Part shown: in pieces, positions 1-8,459 of the stretch
Numbering within the stretch: position 1 is the stretch's first letter
Layout of the letters: every line of letters begins with the position of its first letter
IMG/VR virus record: IMGVR_UViG_3300042889_001305
Source of the DNA: a virus
Lineage: Duplodnaviria; Heunggongvirae; Uroviricota; Caudoviricetes
Length of the DNA: 64,000 nucleotides
Direction: 5' to 3' (one strand)
Program-made: the position numbers and the translations under genes
The notes under the pieces: generated by a model
What the model saw: only the letters and a program-made list of their open reading frames with translations
Told to the model about the DNA's origin: nothing
Databases searched by the model: none

Positions 1-43
1 CACTATTCGTTATATTAAATCCACCAGGTAATATGATTGCCAT
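1..43 (-). CDS. 5' fragment of a probable virion structural protein (MAIILPGGFNITNS...), runs off the window edge
   Basis: ATG at 43 translated by hand; directly follows the 869-aa gene. Confidence 0.6.
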   Translation of the reverse strand, partial: MAIILPGGFNITNS

Positions 44-63
44 TTTGTATCTTTTCTATTTTA

Positions 64-2673
64 TTACGTTAATATATATGTTATACTACTTCCTGCACCA
101 CCTGCTTGTAAAGTAGTTGTTTTGTAAACTTTGTATTGACCAACTGTTGTCACTGCAAATGAACCTAATACTCCAAATCCGCTTGTAGTAATGTTTGATA
201 AATTCGATAGTGAACTATTGAATACTATATAATGGTATTTATCACCAGTCCAACTTATTGTTACACTTTGACCACTTGCAGTAGTTGTTCCTTTCACAAT
301 CGTTCCTATTGCACCACCCAATGTAGTATCCCACAATGCTAAGGTTTCCAATTCTCCTGCCGTAAATGATGTTGCTGCACTTGCACCATGTCTTAAACTT
401 ATAATCTTACTATAAGTATTAGTAGTAGTCGATGTTGTTGTTAAATCAGGACTATTATCACCTGAAGGAGATTCGTAGTTTGCAGTTGCGGTTATACTAA
501 TCGAAGTAGAACCGGTTGCAGAACCCGTTACATAATAAGGTGATGCCACATTGGTTGTTACACTTGTCAAATTCCAACTATTAGAAGGATTTGCCGAAGA
601 TGATGTAAATGTTATACTACCAGTTGCTCCCTGTTCAATTTGATTTGAACTATATCCTAACTGAACCGATGGAGTTGAACTCAATGTCGGATTAGCAGGA
701 TTTGATTTAGATAAAGTTCCCGTTGTTGTAGTTGAGGTTTTATATAATGAACCATCTAATGGTGAACTTGCTGTATATTGTAAAGTATAGGTATGTGAAC
801 CTGATGTTGTTGTACTATATGTTAAAGATGTTCCGCTACCAACTTGTGTTAATAGAGTTGCCCCTTCATATAAAGATGCACTTACTATTGTATATCCTTG
901 ATTATTCCAAGTTCCATTAACTGAATACGCATCGGTTACTCTATTGAATCGATTTGTTTCAAATCCACTTAGAGATGCTGCTACTGATGTTGGTGCGGTT
1001 GGTGTTCCAAAAATAAATTTAAGAACTCCGTTTGTAAATGTTACTGCGGTATTATTATCAAAATCTGCAACTTCTATTCCTGTCAATTGCTCAACACTAT
1101 TAGTTACATAGTTAATGTAACCACTACTTTGAGATAATGATTCTAATGTAGTTGCTATTGATGAACTAAATGTGGTTAAATCAGCATCAGTTGCAAATAC
1201 GCCATCTAATGATGATGTTATTTGGTCAGAACTACTTACAATACCATTTGGAAGATTACTTAAATCAGTAAATGAAATTTGAGATGAACCAGATACTATT
1301 CCATCACTTCCAGCCAATAATATATTTTGTTCACTATCTTTAGGGCCGGCAATCCATCTATCATTAATGGAATCCCAAAGTAAAGAACCAGATATTTCAT
1401 TTGGACTATCTGCATCTTTAACTAATAAACCACCATGTTGTAAACCCCTACCATTTAGTTCGATAATATTATCACCTAACTGAATTGTTGTTGAGTTAAT
1501 TGTGGTAGTTGTTCCCTTAACTGTTAAGTTACCATTAATTGTTACATTCGTACCACTTGCAGTAATTGCTGCATTAAGTGATTGGGTAAATGAGTTAAAT
1601 GAACTCGATAAAAGGAATCCTGCTCTTTGAATTTGAGTAGAACCACTTATTGTACCAGAAGGAACACCTGATGATGCTAATGAATCTACATCTGCTCTAA
1701 GTCCTACAATTGATGCAGTCATTAGAGATGATGATATTGCTAATTCTGCTACTGATTGACTTGTAGCGTAACTTCCACTTACAAATCCTAATGCAGATAT
1801 TTGTGCTGATGAACTTATTAAATCTGATGGTAGAATTACGTTTTGAACACTACCACTTAGGGTATATCTTGAATCAAATGAACCCGTTAGTTGTGATGAA
1901 CCACTAATAGTACCACTTGGTACTGAATCTGATGAACTGACAAATCCTAACGCTGTAATTTGTGCAGAAGAACTGATTGTTCCTGTCGGTATAGTTGCTC
2001 CACCACCAAAACTACCTGTTTGAGAACCTAAAGTTGCAAACTTAGTATCAATTGATGAGGTGAATGTATTTAATGCATATATATCAGTTGAAGAACTGAC
2101 AAATCCCAATGAAGTTATTTGTGCAGAACCACTAATAGTTCCGGTAGGTACTGAAGCAGATGAACTAACAAATCCTAATGCGGTAATTTGTGAACTACCA
2201 CTTATAATACCATTCGGTACGTTTATAAGTTGAGTATAATCATCCGTACCACCTCCTCCACCCCCTACTACATATCCTAACGCACTGATTTGTGCAGATG
2301 AACTAATAATTCCTCTACCCTTTGTTTCGTAAGATGAAGTTGCTTGGGTTAAGTTTGAAAGTTGTGAATTAACCGATGCAGTATAAGTAGCAAGGGTTAA
2401 ATCCTTAGTATTTTGTGAACCACTAAAAGTATTTAAATCCGTTAAGATACCAACGATTTGAGATGAACCACTAACTAATGTTGGTGCGTTAACAATACTA
2501 CCAAAATTGATATTAGTTAATCCTGCACCATTACCCGTAAAGGTATTGGCCCTTATATTACCAGATGCGGTTATACTCGTAGCAACTAAAGACCCACTTA
2601 CTGTGAATATTCCTTCAATTACTGAAGCGGTTACAACCCCCTGTATTTGTTTACTTTTAATAAGTGTAGCCAT
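64..2673 (-). CDS. Ser/Thr/Gly-rich tail fibre/baseplate-type structural protein with internal repeats
   Basis: 869 aa; ~10 copies of (I/T)(I/V)S(G/S)S(A/S)QI(T/S)ALGF; beta-rich C-terminal region; follows the neck genes. Confidence 0.6.
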   Translation of the reverse strand: MATLIKSKQIQGVVTASVIEGIFTVSGSLVATSITASGNIRANTFTGNGAGLTNINFGSIVNAPTLVSGSSQIVGILTDLNTFSGSQNTKDLTLATYTASVNSQLSNLTQATSSYETKGRGIISSSAQISALGYVVGGGGGGTDDYTQLINVPNGIISGSSQITALGFVSSSASVPTGTISGSAQITSLGFVSSSTDIYALNTFTSSIDTKFATLGSQTGSFGGGATIPTGTISSSAQITALGFVSSSDSVPSGTISGSSQLTGSFDSRYTLSGSVQNVILPSDLISSSAQISALGFVSGSYATSQSVAELAISSSLMTASIVGLRADVDSLASSGVPSGTISGSTQIQRAGFLLSSSFNSFTQSLNAAITASGTNVTINGNLTVKGTTTTINSTTIQLGDNIIELNGRGLQHGGLLVKDADSPNEISGSLLWDSINDRWIAGPKDSEQNILLAGSDGIVSGSSQISFTDLSNLPNGIVSSSDQITSSLDGVFATDADLTTFSSSIATTLESLSQSSGYINYVTNSVEQLTGIEVADFDNNTAVTFTNGVLKFIFGTPTAPTSVAASLSGFETNRFNRVTDAYSVNGTWNNQGYTIVSASLYEGATLLTQVGSGTSLTYSTTTSGSHTYTLQYTASSPLDGSLYKTSTTTTGTLSKSNPANPTLSSTPSVQLGYSSNQIEQGATGSITFTSSSANPSNSWNLTSVTTNVASPYYVTGSATGSTSISITATANYESPSGDNSPDLTTTSTTTNTYSKIISLRHGASAATSFTAGELETLALWDTTLGGAIGTIVKGTTTASGQSVTISWTGDKYHYIVFNSSLSNLSNITTSGFGVLGSFAVTTVGQYKVYKTTTLQAGGAGSSITYILT

Positions 2674-2678
2674 AATTC

Positions 2679-3065
2679 TTAAATATCCACTAGTTTTCCT
2701 TTAACCATAAATTCACTTATAAGAATCTCACTTGGAGTATAAGCTATTGCTTGATTAAATGTTATTATTATATTATTACCACTGGTTGTAACATCATATG
2801 AAGTTGGTTCTTGTAATATACCTTGTAGATATACATCTACATAATCTTTGGTATTATTAAATTTTAATTCTTCAAATTCAAATTTTTTATTAGTTAAAGT
2901 TAATGTAAATAGTGTATCAGTAAGTTCATCTAACTCCATATCATCAGTACCACCTATTAATTGGTATGAACGTCTAAATGTATCATCAAATACTTCATAT
3001 ATTAATTCCTTTACACGAGTTCTATCGTTAAAAGGAATTTTTTTTATTTTTGGTGCTACTTTCAT
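2679..3065 (-). CDS. hypothetical virion-associated protein
   Basis: 128-aa ORF tightly coupled in the neck/tail operon; GGGAG upstream. Confidence 0.6.
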   Translation of the reverse strand: MKVAPKIKKIPFNDRTRVKELIYEVFDDTFRRSYQLIGGTDDMELDELTDTLFTLTLTNKKFEFEELKFNNTKDYVDVYLQGILQEPTSYDVTTSGNNIIITFNQAIAYTPSEILISEFMVKGKLVDI

Positions 3066-3394
3066 AGTATTTCAAAATCTCCCTTCATTACAATATTATC
3101 GTTTGTAGTAATATCATATGCGTTTACAAAATTAGCTTTTTTAAATTTAACTAAAATATCTGCATTATACCCTTCCATCACATAATCTTTTTCGGATATG
3201 TATTGCCCGTTAATAAATATATCAAAACGTGCGTGTTCGCTTCGTAAAGGTCTAAGAAAGGATTCTAAATCTTTAAGTTTAGTATTTTTTGCACCCCATA
3301 CCCAATATAGTGGGTGATTCATATCCATTGGTATCAATGAATACTCATTTTGGTCTTCAATTTGTTTTAATATTTTATTTAAATCATATATCAT
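3062..3394 (-). CDS. hypothetical virion-associated protein
   Basis: 110-aa ORF with 4-nt overlaps on both sides; resembles the C-terminal region of the upstream 381-aa protein (FDIFING vs FKVYING). Confidence 0.6.
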   Translation of the reverse strand: MIYDLNKILKQIEDQNEYSLIPMDMNHPLYWVWGAKNTKLKDLESFLRPLRSEHARFDIFINGQYISEKDYVMEGYNADILVKFKKANFVNAYDITTNDNIVMKGDFEIL

Positions 3395-4536
3395 AATTCA
3401 ATAAATTTTCCAGTTACTGCTATTTCATCAGTAGTTTCTATTGGGTATCCTAATTCATCCTCATTTGGATTTTCTATAATTTCTGCACCACCAAAAACAA
3501 ATTGAATTTCATTTGTAGTAGCATCATATGAATAAGTGTATTTTCTAAATGGGATTAATACTCCATTTATATAAACCTTAAACCATTCTCCTGCAGCAAC
3601 ATATGTATTTCTCAATTCTGGCGGGCATATAGGTAGTTTTACATTGGTTAACTTAATAGTAGATGAGTTGATAAAGATTGGTGCAAATGAACTTCCCAAT
3701 ACACCACCTTGTGCCCCTCTAATAGTAATAAAATCAATTAGGTCTGAATATTCATTATACATTTGTTGTCTTGTATAATTTACATTACCACCAGATAAAT
3801 CAGTTTCTATACCCCATACTACTTTTTTAGGAGATAATGATTTTTTAGTAGTCGGTTGATTATCAAATTTTTCAGGTAGTAAATACGCATTGACTGTCAT
3901 TGTAAATGTAGTTCTTACAATTCTTTGTGCACCATCCCCTACTTCCTGTTGATTCTCGAACGAATCTATTTTTGTACGAAATTTAAAACCAGATTGGTCT
4001 CCCCAATATTCATCCGTTGCATATTGAAATGCTTCAACAATTTTATTCATATGCTCAGTAAAATCTGTCCATATAATAACATCATATGTTACACTAACAT
4101 AATCCGGCATTGTTATATTGTATTGTTCGACTGGTCTTTTAGTATCGGTCATCAAACTAAACTTATCATACTTATGTTTTTTAGAATACATAGATATGGT
4201 AGGATATGATACATGACGATTCATTGTATTAGCCAATGATTCATCTCTCGCAATTGAATTTCTTTTAAAGACAATTATTGGTGTTTGAACTTGGCCATTT
4301 TTATCTCTTAAAAAGCCATCTCTTCTTATAGCTTTCCATCTTTCTGGATTACCATATATTACAGGTACTTTTATTGATTCACCTAAGATTTCTAAACTAG
4401 GAACGACAGTATCTACCATATGTTCAGCAATTGCTAAATCAACATCATATAACTTAACTCCTTTGAACTGATTTTTAGGTTCAGTTTTAAGTTGTTCTGC
4501 TCTATTTAGTGGTTTTTTTAGTGGGTCTACTGCCAT
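3391..4536 (-). CDS. gp15: T4 gp15-like tail terminator/sheath stabiliser with C-terminal extension
   Basis: PDYVSVTYDVIIWTDFTEHMNKIVEAF and RIVRTTFTMTVNAYL segments; position after gp13/gp14-like genes. Confidence 0.6.
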   Translation of the reverse strand: MAVDPLKKPLNRAEQLKTEPKNQFKGVKLYDVDLAIAEHMVDTVVPSLEILGESIKVPVIYGNPERWKAIRRDGFLRDKNGQVQTPIIVFKRNSIARDESLANTMNRHVSYPTISMYSKKHKYDKFSLMTDTKRPVEQYNITMPDYVSVTYDVIIWTDFTEHMNKIVEAFQYATDEYWGDQSGFKFRTKIDSFENQQEVGDGAQRIVRTTFTMTVNAYLLPEKFDNQPTTKKSLSPKKVVWGIETDLSGGNVNYTRQQMYNEYSDLIDFITIRGAQGGVLGSSFAPIFINSSTIKLTNVKLPICPPELRNTYVAAGEWFKVYINGVLIPFRKYTYSYDATTNEIQFVFGGAEIIENPNEDELGYPIETTDEIAVTGKFIEL

Positions 4537-5090
4537 TAGTATGTTCTCTCCTCAATTTGAACTTGTGAACGTTTTACCATCATACCAGTAGCAACAAGTT
4601 GCATACTTGCATCTGAGAATGTGTTTGTAGATTGGTCATATATTTTTGATGAACCACCTATTAACATAGTATCCATAACATTATTTATTTCATAGTAAAA
4701 TTCATCAAACAAAATAATGTCTCCAATTTCAGGATATCCATATTGTGTATTTTGTATTGCATCTGCCGGTATTTCGTTACCATTGATATCTCGTACCTTT
4801 GGTATCTCATGTGTTCTTAATCTTTCTTTATTAAAACGGAATTCTACATTTTGTTGTGTATCCGGTCCAAATTCATCATAATTTGAAGTAGTATTCTCCC
4901 TATCAACAATACACATTAAATTAGCAGGTGCATGGTATATTTTACCCAATGATTCACCATATAAATTAGTTTTTGATTCACCAACTGATATTTTGAATAG
5001 AGTAACAGTCGTTTCCACTACATAATCTACCACTTCTTCAGCGATAGTTTTTATGAATTCCAAATCTCTACTATGAAAAAACTTTGGCAT
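4536..5090 (-). CDS. gp14: neck/head-closure protein (T4 gp14-like)
   Basis: 184 aa; NLYGES and YPEIGDIILF motifs; lies between gp13-like and gp15-like genes. Confidence 0.6.
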   Translation of the reverse strand: MPKFFHSRDLEFIKTIAEEVVDYVVETTVTLFKISVGESKTNLYGESLGKIYHAPANLMCIVDRENTTSNYDEFGPDTQQNVEFRFNKERLRTHEIPKVRDINGNEIPADAIQNTQYGYPEIGDIILFDEFYYEINNVMDTMLIGGSSKIYDQSTNTFSDASMQLVATGMMVKRSQVQIEERTY

Positions 5091-5096
5091 ATGTTA

Positions 5097-6248
5097 TTAT
5101 CCTATGTATATTGCTAATGGAACTGATTTAATTATTTTTTGTTGTTGTTCAACCATATTGGATTCATTTTCCATTCTGGTCTTTTTACTAACCTCTTCTA
5201 AGTTTTCTCTCAATTGAGTTACTAATGATTCCTTTTCAGTTTGTGCTTCTGCTCTTAGTGCTGCACCATCCAATGAAACATCAGAACCAGGAATTGGTAT
5301 AGTAGAATATTTTTCTCTAATTGCACCTAATAATTCTTTAGCAAGTGCAAGTGTGTATTTTCTAATCCATTGTTTACCAACATCATTAATTTTTGAGTAA
5401 TCTTGAAACTGATATCCAACATTTGAATAATCACTTACAACATTTGGTGTTATTATAGTATTTCCTTCTCTGAAATCCTTTTTTACCATATACTCAAACC
5501 ATAATCTTTCGGTTTTAGTTGGTATTGGGAATATTTGTATTTTATTATTGACAATATTAAAACTAAATGCGGATTTACGGAATTGGTCATTGAATTCAAT
5601 TGCTTGAATTCTTAACATATCCTCATACATTGGCATTAGAATAAATTGTGCTGCGGGTGAGAACGAACCAAACCCAAATTCATCAATTAAGTTTAATGTA
5701 CCTTGTCCAGAAACTGAATAAGGGTCAAAGAAACGAGAGATTGCAGGAGTGGCTTCGTAAAATACTTTAGTTATATCAAGTCTTTCACCACTTTCATTTA
5801 CATCACCCCATAATTCTTGTAAATCATAACTTTGAGTACCTGCCGATGCAAGGATACTTCCTCTTTTAATATCTATTCTACCACCAACATTTGCTTGAGT
5901 ACCATAACCTTCGGCAATAGTAATTACATTGTTTAATTCACTTCCTAATACTGATTTGTTGGTAAAATTTGAACTTGTGGGTTGACCTTCAAGGGCACCC
6001 ATATTGTTTCGTATGTTAAATTGATTAACTTGTGCAGAATATTCACTTACTGCCTCTTCAAACACCGCAAAGAAACTACTTGATATCAATTCTACATCTA
6101 CAATTGGATAACCCAACCTTTGTGCACACCACGATGCAACTTTAGGGGCATCTAATTGAAAGTTTGAATCATTATCATATAATCCGAATGGGGTAGATGA
6201 ACCAGTAACGAAAGTTGCCGTACCTGTCCATACTCTTGATTGCGACAT
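5097..6248 (-). CDS. gp13: neck/head-tail adaptor protein (T4 gp13-like)
   Basis: LGYPIVDVEL and WIRKYTLALAKELLGAIREKY...LDG motifs; start moved to MSQSRVW (6248), which has AAGGAG 7 nt upstream. Confidence 0.75.
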   Translation of the reverse strand: MSQSRVWTGTATFVTGSSTPFGLYDNDSNFQLDAPKVASWCAQRLGYPIVDVELISSSFFAVFEEAVSEYSAQVNQFNIRNNMGALEGQPTSSNFTNKSVLGSELNNVITIAEGYGTQANVGGRIDIKRGSILASAGTQSYDLQELWGDVNESGERLDITKVFYEATPAISRFFDPYSVSGQGTLNLIDEFGFGSFSPAAQFILMPMYEDMLRIQAIEFNDQFRKSAFSFNIVNNKIQIFPIPTKTERLWFEYMVKKDFREGNTIITPNVVSDYSNVGYQFQDYSKINDVGKQWIRKYTLALAKELLGAIREKYSTIPIPGSDVSLDGAALRAEAQTEKESLVTQLRENLEEVSKKTRMENESNMVEQQQKIIKSVPLAIYIG

Positions 6249-6294
6249 ATTTATTCTCCTTAATACATTTATTCTTATATAAATATAAAATAAC

Positions 6295-6325
6295 AAAAAA
6301 GGGAGTGAATAAATCCACTCCCTTT
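6295..6325 (-). terminator. intrinsic terminator
   Basis: GGGAGTG-8nt-CACTCCC hairpin followed by T6 on the minus strand. Confidence 0.8.
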
Positions 6326-6347
6326 CAAATCTTATGTTTTATATCTA

Positions 6348-6719
6348 TTATCCTAAGTTAATTAGTTTATATTTTGTTGAGTATAATAGTTTAGCAATAT
6401 TATCTAATTCATTCTGAATCCAACTTACCTTTAATTTATCTTGCTGTCTTTCATTTTCTAAAAATTTAATAAGTTTATCAAAATATGCGATTATGTTTTC
6501 TTTTGATGAATCAGTATCTATTCCGTTTACTTGTTTATAAGTTATCAAACCATATTTACCTTGATATGCTTCAATTAAACCATCCAATAGGGGTATAAGT
6601 TCTGTATAATAGGTTTGTAATGCTAAATGTAAAGCAAGAGAACCTGGCCCTTTAACTCCTGTGTGGAATTGATGTGCTTGTGTTCTACTATGAAAAAAAA
6701 TTGAAGCTAATTGTTCCAT
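6348..6719 (-). CDS. ferritin/Dps-like four-helix phage protein (DUF5856-like)
   Basis: RTQAHQFH...HLALQTYY...LDGLIEAYQGKYG...LQ/IQNELD..AKLLYSTKYKL; start taken at MEQLAS. Confidence 0.65.
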   Translation of the reverse strand: MEQLASIFFHSRTQAHQFHTGVKGPGSLALHLALQTYYTELIPLLDGLIEAYQGKYGLITYKQVNGIDTDSSKENIIAYFDKLIKFLENERQQDKLKVSWIQNELDNIAKLLYSTKYKLINLG

Positions 6720-6766
6720 ATAATATATCTCTTTGATAATAAGTATATACAAAGGTTAATTTAAAT

Positions 6767-6791
6767 AAAAAAAAGGGAGAAATCTCCCTTT
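6767..6791 (-). terminator. intrinsic terminator closing the small-gene island
   Basis: AAAGGGAGA-AA-TCTCCCTTT hairpin plus T-run on the minus strand. Confidence 0.8.
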
Positions 6792-6822
6792 AACAAATGA
6801 ACAAACAAACAAAACTAATATC

Positions 6823-7089
6823 TTAATATTCAATCATTGAGACCGGTACGTTGTATGAAGCAAACCCACCTTTTACTCTCAAATTGGCTTTAGTTCGGTT
6901 GATTTTAACAACCTCTAACTCTCTACCCATTAATTTGGGGTGATTTACTTTAACCGTCATACCTACTTGCAATGACAATTTCTTTTCTAACGATTCTATG
7001 GTACGTTTTTGTTTAATCAGTTCAATAACCATTTGGTTAACGTTACGCAATTCTGCTACTGATAATTTTGATAATTCTGAATAATTCAT
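6823..7089 (-). CDS. small hypothetical protein with KOW/SH3-like C-terminal region
   Basis: 88 aa; LQVGMTVKVNHP...VVKINRTKANLRV. Confidence 0.65.
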   Translation of the reverse strand: MNYSELSKLSVAELRNVNQMVIELIKQKRTIESLEKKLSLQVGMTVKVNHPKLMGRELEVVKINRTKANLRVKGGFASYNVPVSMIEY

Positions 7090-7112
7090 GTCTTTTATGT
7101 TTTAAATTTTAA

Positions 7113-7325
7113 TTAATCTATTTCGCCAAATACTCTAATCCATTCCTCATTGGTAATTCCCGTCATAAGGAACTCTCTTTCGTCCATTGTTAAGTTTGGA
7201 ACGATGTTTTGTATCAATTCTTTTGAATTGTAACGATTCTCTACTCTTAATAACTCATCTTGAGTAACATTGATATTCAATGTATGTTCAATACCGGTTA
7301 AACTGCTGATTTTTGTAATATTCAT
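7113..7325 (-). CDS. small conserved phage hypothetical protein
   Basis: 70 aa; LIQNIVPNLTMDEREFLMTGIT; AAAATATAAAAT initiation region. Confidence 0.7.
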   Translation of the reverse strand: MNITKISSLTGIEHTLNINVTQDELLRVENRYNSKELIQNIVPNLTMDEREFLMTGITNEEWIRVFGEID

Positions 7326-7342
7326 ATTTTATATTTTAAGGG

Positions 7343-7585
7343 TTACCAACACAACATATCTCCTGCCTTATCCCAACTTCTAGCACCACTTTCGGTTGCT
7401 TTGTGAAGTGAGTTGTAATTCACATCTAAATTAGAATTACCAAATTGACGTTTAAGTTCTGATTTAAACTCTTTAAGGTTCTTAGCCCAAATATCGTTGA
7501 ACCCACCACTTACCCAATTGAATTGGTATCGGTACTCACCTTTTGAATTTTTTAACAATCTTTCATACTTTGCTCTATGTTTCAT
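7343..7585 (-). CDS. small hypothetical protein
   Basis: 80 aa; directly downstream of the promoter at 7628-7659. Confidence 0.7.
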   Translation of the reverse strand: MKHRAKYERLLKNSKGEYRYQFNWVSGGFNDIWAKNLKEFKSELKRQFGNSNLDVNYNSLHKATESGARSWDKAGDMLCW

Positions 7586-7627
7586 ACTTTTATATTTTAT
7601 AGTTTATTATCTCTTAATCTTATAAAG

Positions 7628-7659
7628 CTAATCTACAACTTTTTTTCCACATTTCCAAA
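7628..7659 (-). promoter_or_regulatory. Bacteroidota sigma70-type (-33/-7) promoter
   Basis: TTTG-N20-TAGATTAG; part of a ~60-bp block repeated at 8245-8305. Confidence 0.65.
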
Positions 7660-7676
7660 TATTTTAGGACTTATTT

Positions 7677-7985
7677 TTATAAATAAGTTGGACCATAATG
7701 TGACCATTTAGCAGTTCCATCAAATATGTTTCCTCTACTATGTTTAGCCGGGGCTCTCCAACTGGCGGGTTTCATTAAATCACCTTTCTTAACGGGGACA
7801 CCCATATGAAATCCATCAAACATCGAAACGAACGCCCATACGTGGGTTGAATCCATAATTTTCATAAATTTAGAACCCTTTTTAATCTTTAATGGGGTAT
7901 AATCACTATAATAATCACCTGATTCGTGTCTTTTTTTACGGTCTGCATCGACCTTTGCTAACCAAATTTCAAATTGTGTTTTCAT
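7677..7985 (-). CDS. conserved phage hypothetical protein
   Basis: 102 aa; KGDLMKPASWRAPAKHSRGNIF motif typical of small jumbo-phage proteins. Confidence 0.7.
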   Translation of the reverse strand: MKTQFEIWLAKVDADRKKRHESGDYYSDYTPLKIKKGSKFMKIMDSTHVWAFVSMFDGFHMGVPVKKGDLMKPASWRAPAKHSRGNIFDGTAKWSHYGPTYL

Positions 7986-7997
7986 ATATCTTATATT

Positions 7998-8228
7998 TTA
8001 TTTTAACCATAAATTGTAAACATAATCATACTTTACATTCAAAGTCTCTGCAAGTTTCTCAAACAACCTCTCTCTCACTATACTATCAGTAACACCAATG
8101 TATCGGTAAACATCCTCACCAACAATCAGTTTATTTAATAGGCCGGGAAACGTTGGGGTTTCATTCAATTCTAATCCCAAATCATCGGTTGGGAAGTTCT
8201 CTACATAATACTCTTTAATTGTGCTCAT
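7998..8228 (-). CDS. small hypothetical protein
   Basis: 76 aa; first gene after the promoter at 8270-8301. Confidence 0.7.
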   Translation of the reverse strand: MSTIKEYYVENFPTDDLGLELNETPTFPGLLNKLIVGEDVYRYIGVTDSIVRERLFEKLAETLNVKYDYVYNLWLK

Positions 8229-8269
8229 ATCTTTTATATTTTATTTGTTTATCTCCTAATCTTATAAAG

Positions 8270-8301
8270 CTAAACTACACATTATTTTCCACAATTCCAA
8301 A
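8270..8301 (-). promoter_or_regulatory. Bacteroidota sigma70-type (-33/-7) promoter
   Basis: TTTG-N20-TAGTTTAG. Confidence 0.65.
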
Positions 8302-8340
8302 TTATTTCCCATTTATTTTCACTTTTTTTGTAAAATTTTT

Positions 8341-8386
8341 CATTGATTATCAATGAGTTATAAAAGGTTGACTATCAATAAGTTAT
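8341..8386. repeat. two imperfect 20-bp direct repeats; the first overlaps a perfect palindrome
   Basis: attgattatcaatgagttat (8342-8361) and gttgactatcaataagttat (8367-8386); CATTGAT-T-ATCAATG palindrome at 8341-8355. Confidence 0.7.
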
Positions 8387-8392
8387 GGGCAT

Positions 8393-8424
8393 AAAAAAAG
8401 GGAGAATATTTCTATTCCCCCTTC
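8393..8424 (-). terminator. intrinsic terminator after the major capsid gene
   Basis: GGGGGAATAG-AAA-TATTCTCCC hairpin plus T7 on the minus strand. Confidence 0.8.
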
Positions 8425-8459
8425 TTTATTATCGAATCGTTAGTTTGATTCAGTTAAGA

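Noticed and set aside
6249-6296. ORF-track N-terminal extensions (gp13 MLFYIY..., 6752 start of the Dps-like gene, 15732 start of gp21)
   Set aside because: They run through promoter/SD regions; the downstream ATGs have better initiation context
8245-8262. AGGAG upstream of the 76-aa island gene as a counter-example to the SD pattern
   Set aside because: It is more than 20 nt from the ATG, and the paralogous block has AAGAG at that position
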